Positions 62,253 through 64,000 of a DNA stretch of 64,000 nucleotides are shown here, piece by piece. The DNA is from Veleropilina oligotropha (Eukaryota), in the NCBI GenBank assembly GCA_048128005.1, contig JBEUKZ010000019.1, positions 1 to 64,000 on the forward strand, written 5' to 3'. Position 1 is the first letter of the stretch, and each line of letters opens with the position of its first letter. A program made the position numbers and the translations under genes. The notes under the pieces are model-generated. The model did not search any database. It was not told the DNA's origin and worked only from the letters and a program-made list of their open reading frames with translations.

Positions 62253-62811
62253 TATATAATCAAAGTTAGATTGCTTTGCTTTAATATTGTCATTATTATC
62301 TTGAATAATGATATTAATGAATATTCACATGCATATTAAGATATAATCATGGTTAGATTGTTTTGTATTATTATTGTCATCAAAGGAAAATCTGATGTAT
62401 AGTCCAATGAAGCGAAACACCAGTGATGTCAAAATGGCGGACACCAATAAACGATACTACCATAATGAAGACAATGAAGAGGAAATTACGGGTGGCATAA
62501 TATTAAAACTTTGTTGAGTTGCTGAAATACAGAATGCGTTTGACCATGTAAAATTATTTTAGAATACGCGGGATATTTCTGAAATATTATTGACTGCTTT
62601 ACGATAACGTTAATGATTTTTTGTTAAACATGAACCATGACGCTCGGTTGAACGTATATATATGCAATCAGACGATTTAATGTCTACAGCAACAGGCAGT
62701 GGCTGACATCATCAATTGTCCATTTACTTAACTTGGTCACGAAGTCGCATAACTTTTGTGACGAGAACAAACAGATCAAAATAACGTTGGTCGTGATTTA
62801 CTGCATATAGC

Positions 62812-64000
62812 AAACAACAGATGGCATATGTAAGGACAACAGATGGCATATGTAAGAACAACAGATGGCATATGTAAGAACAACAGATGGCATATGTAAG
62901 AACAACAGATGGCATATGTAAGAACAACAGATGGCATATGTAAGGACAACAGATGGCATATGTAAGAACAACAGATGGAATATGTAAGAACAACAGATGG
63001 CATATGTAAGAACAACAGATGGCATATGTAAGAACAACAGATGGCATATGTAAGAACAACAGATGGCATATGTAAGAACAACAGATGGCATATGTAAGAA
63101 CAACAGATGGCATATGTAAGAACAACAGATGGCATATGTAAGAACAACAGATGGCATATATAAGGACAACAGATGGCATATATAAGAAAAACAGATGGCA
63201 TATATAAGAACAACAGATGGCATATGTAAGAACAACAGATGGCATATATAAGAACAACAGATGGCATATGTAAGAACAACAGATGGCATATGTAAGAACA
63301 ACAGATGGCATATGTAAGAACAACAGATGGCATATGTAAGAACAACAGATGGCATATGTAAGAACAACAGATGGCATATATAAGAAAAACAGATGGCATA
63401 TATAAGAACAACAGATGGCATATATAAGAACAACAGATGGCATATGTAAGAACAACAGATGGCATATATAAGAACAACAGATGGCATATGTAAGAACAAC
63501 AGATGGCATATGTAAGAACAACAGATGGCATATGTAAGAACAACAGATGGCATATATAAGAACAACAGATGGCATATATAAGAAAAACAGATGGCATATG
63601 TAAGAACAACAGATGGCATATGTAAGAACAACAGATGGCATATGTAAGAACAACAGATGGCATATGTAAGAACAACAGATGGCATATGTAAGAACAACAG
63701 ATGGCATATGTAAGAACAACAGATGGCATATGTAAGAACAACAGATGGCATATGTAAGAACAACAGATGGCATATGTAAGAACAACAGATGGCATATGTA
63801 AGAACAACAGATGGCATATGTAAGAACAACAGATGGCATATGTAAGAACAACAGATGGCATATGTAAGAACAACAGATGGCATATATAAGAACAACAGAT
63901 GGCATATGTAAGAACAACAGATGGTATATGTAAGAACAACATATGGCATATGTAAGAACAACAGATGGCATATGTATGAACAACAGATGGCATATGTAAG
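62812..64000. repeat. 22-bp satellite running off the window end
   Basis: Unit AACAACAGATGGCATATGTAAG, >50 copies. Confidence 0.98.

Noticed and set aside
62724..63993. Three ~400-aa Cys/hydrophobic ORFs
   Set aside because: Translations of the 22-bp satellite.

Overview
AT-rich, repeat-dense animal genomic DNA, probably a marine invertebrate such as a mollusc or annelid (inference). The centrepiece is an apparently young, near-intact 16.3-kb integrated Polinton-like virus at 38906-55205, with 183-bp identical TIRs, AGCAGC termini and a 5-bp TSD (TGGGC). It encodes a 1285-aa replicase (Rho_N-like / OTU-like / PolB palm / SF1 helicase / HNH), an rve integrase, an A32-like packaging ATPase, major and minor capsid proteins and 6-7 predicted membrane proteins. 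No adenain-type protease or proofreading pPolB is recognisable. The virus sits inside a GGGCCGAG repeat array, inside a decayed Academ-type DNA transposon, inside an intron of an acyl-CoA thioesterase/BAAT-like pseudogene. The window also holds a complete 9-coding-exon SLC2A13/HMIT-like gene (minus strand), a THAP + SWIM/YqaJ transposon relic, a 5'-truncated CR1/L2-type LINE, an intact Tc1 element, non-autonomous Helitrons/HINEs, MITEs, many copies of a tRNA-derived SINE and several mini/microsatellites. All calls come from reading motifs by eye; no database searches were run.
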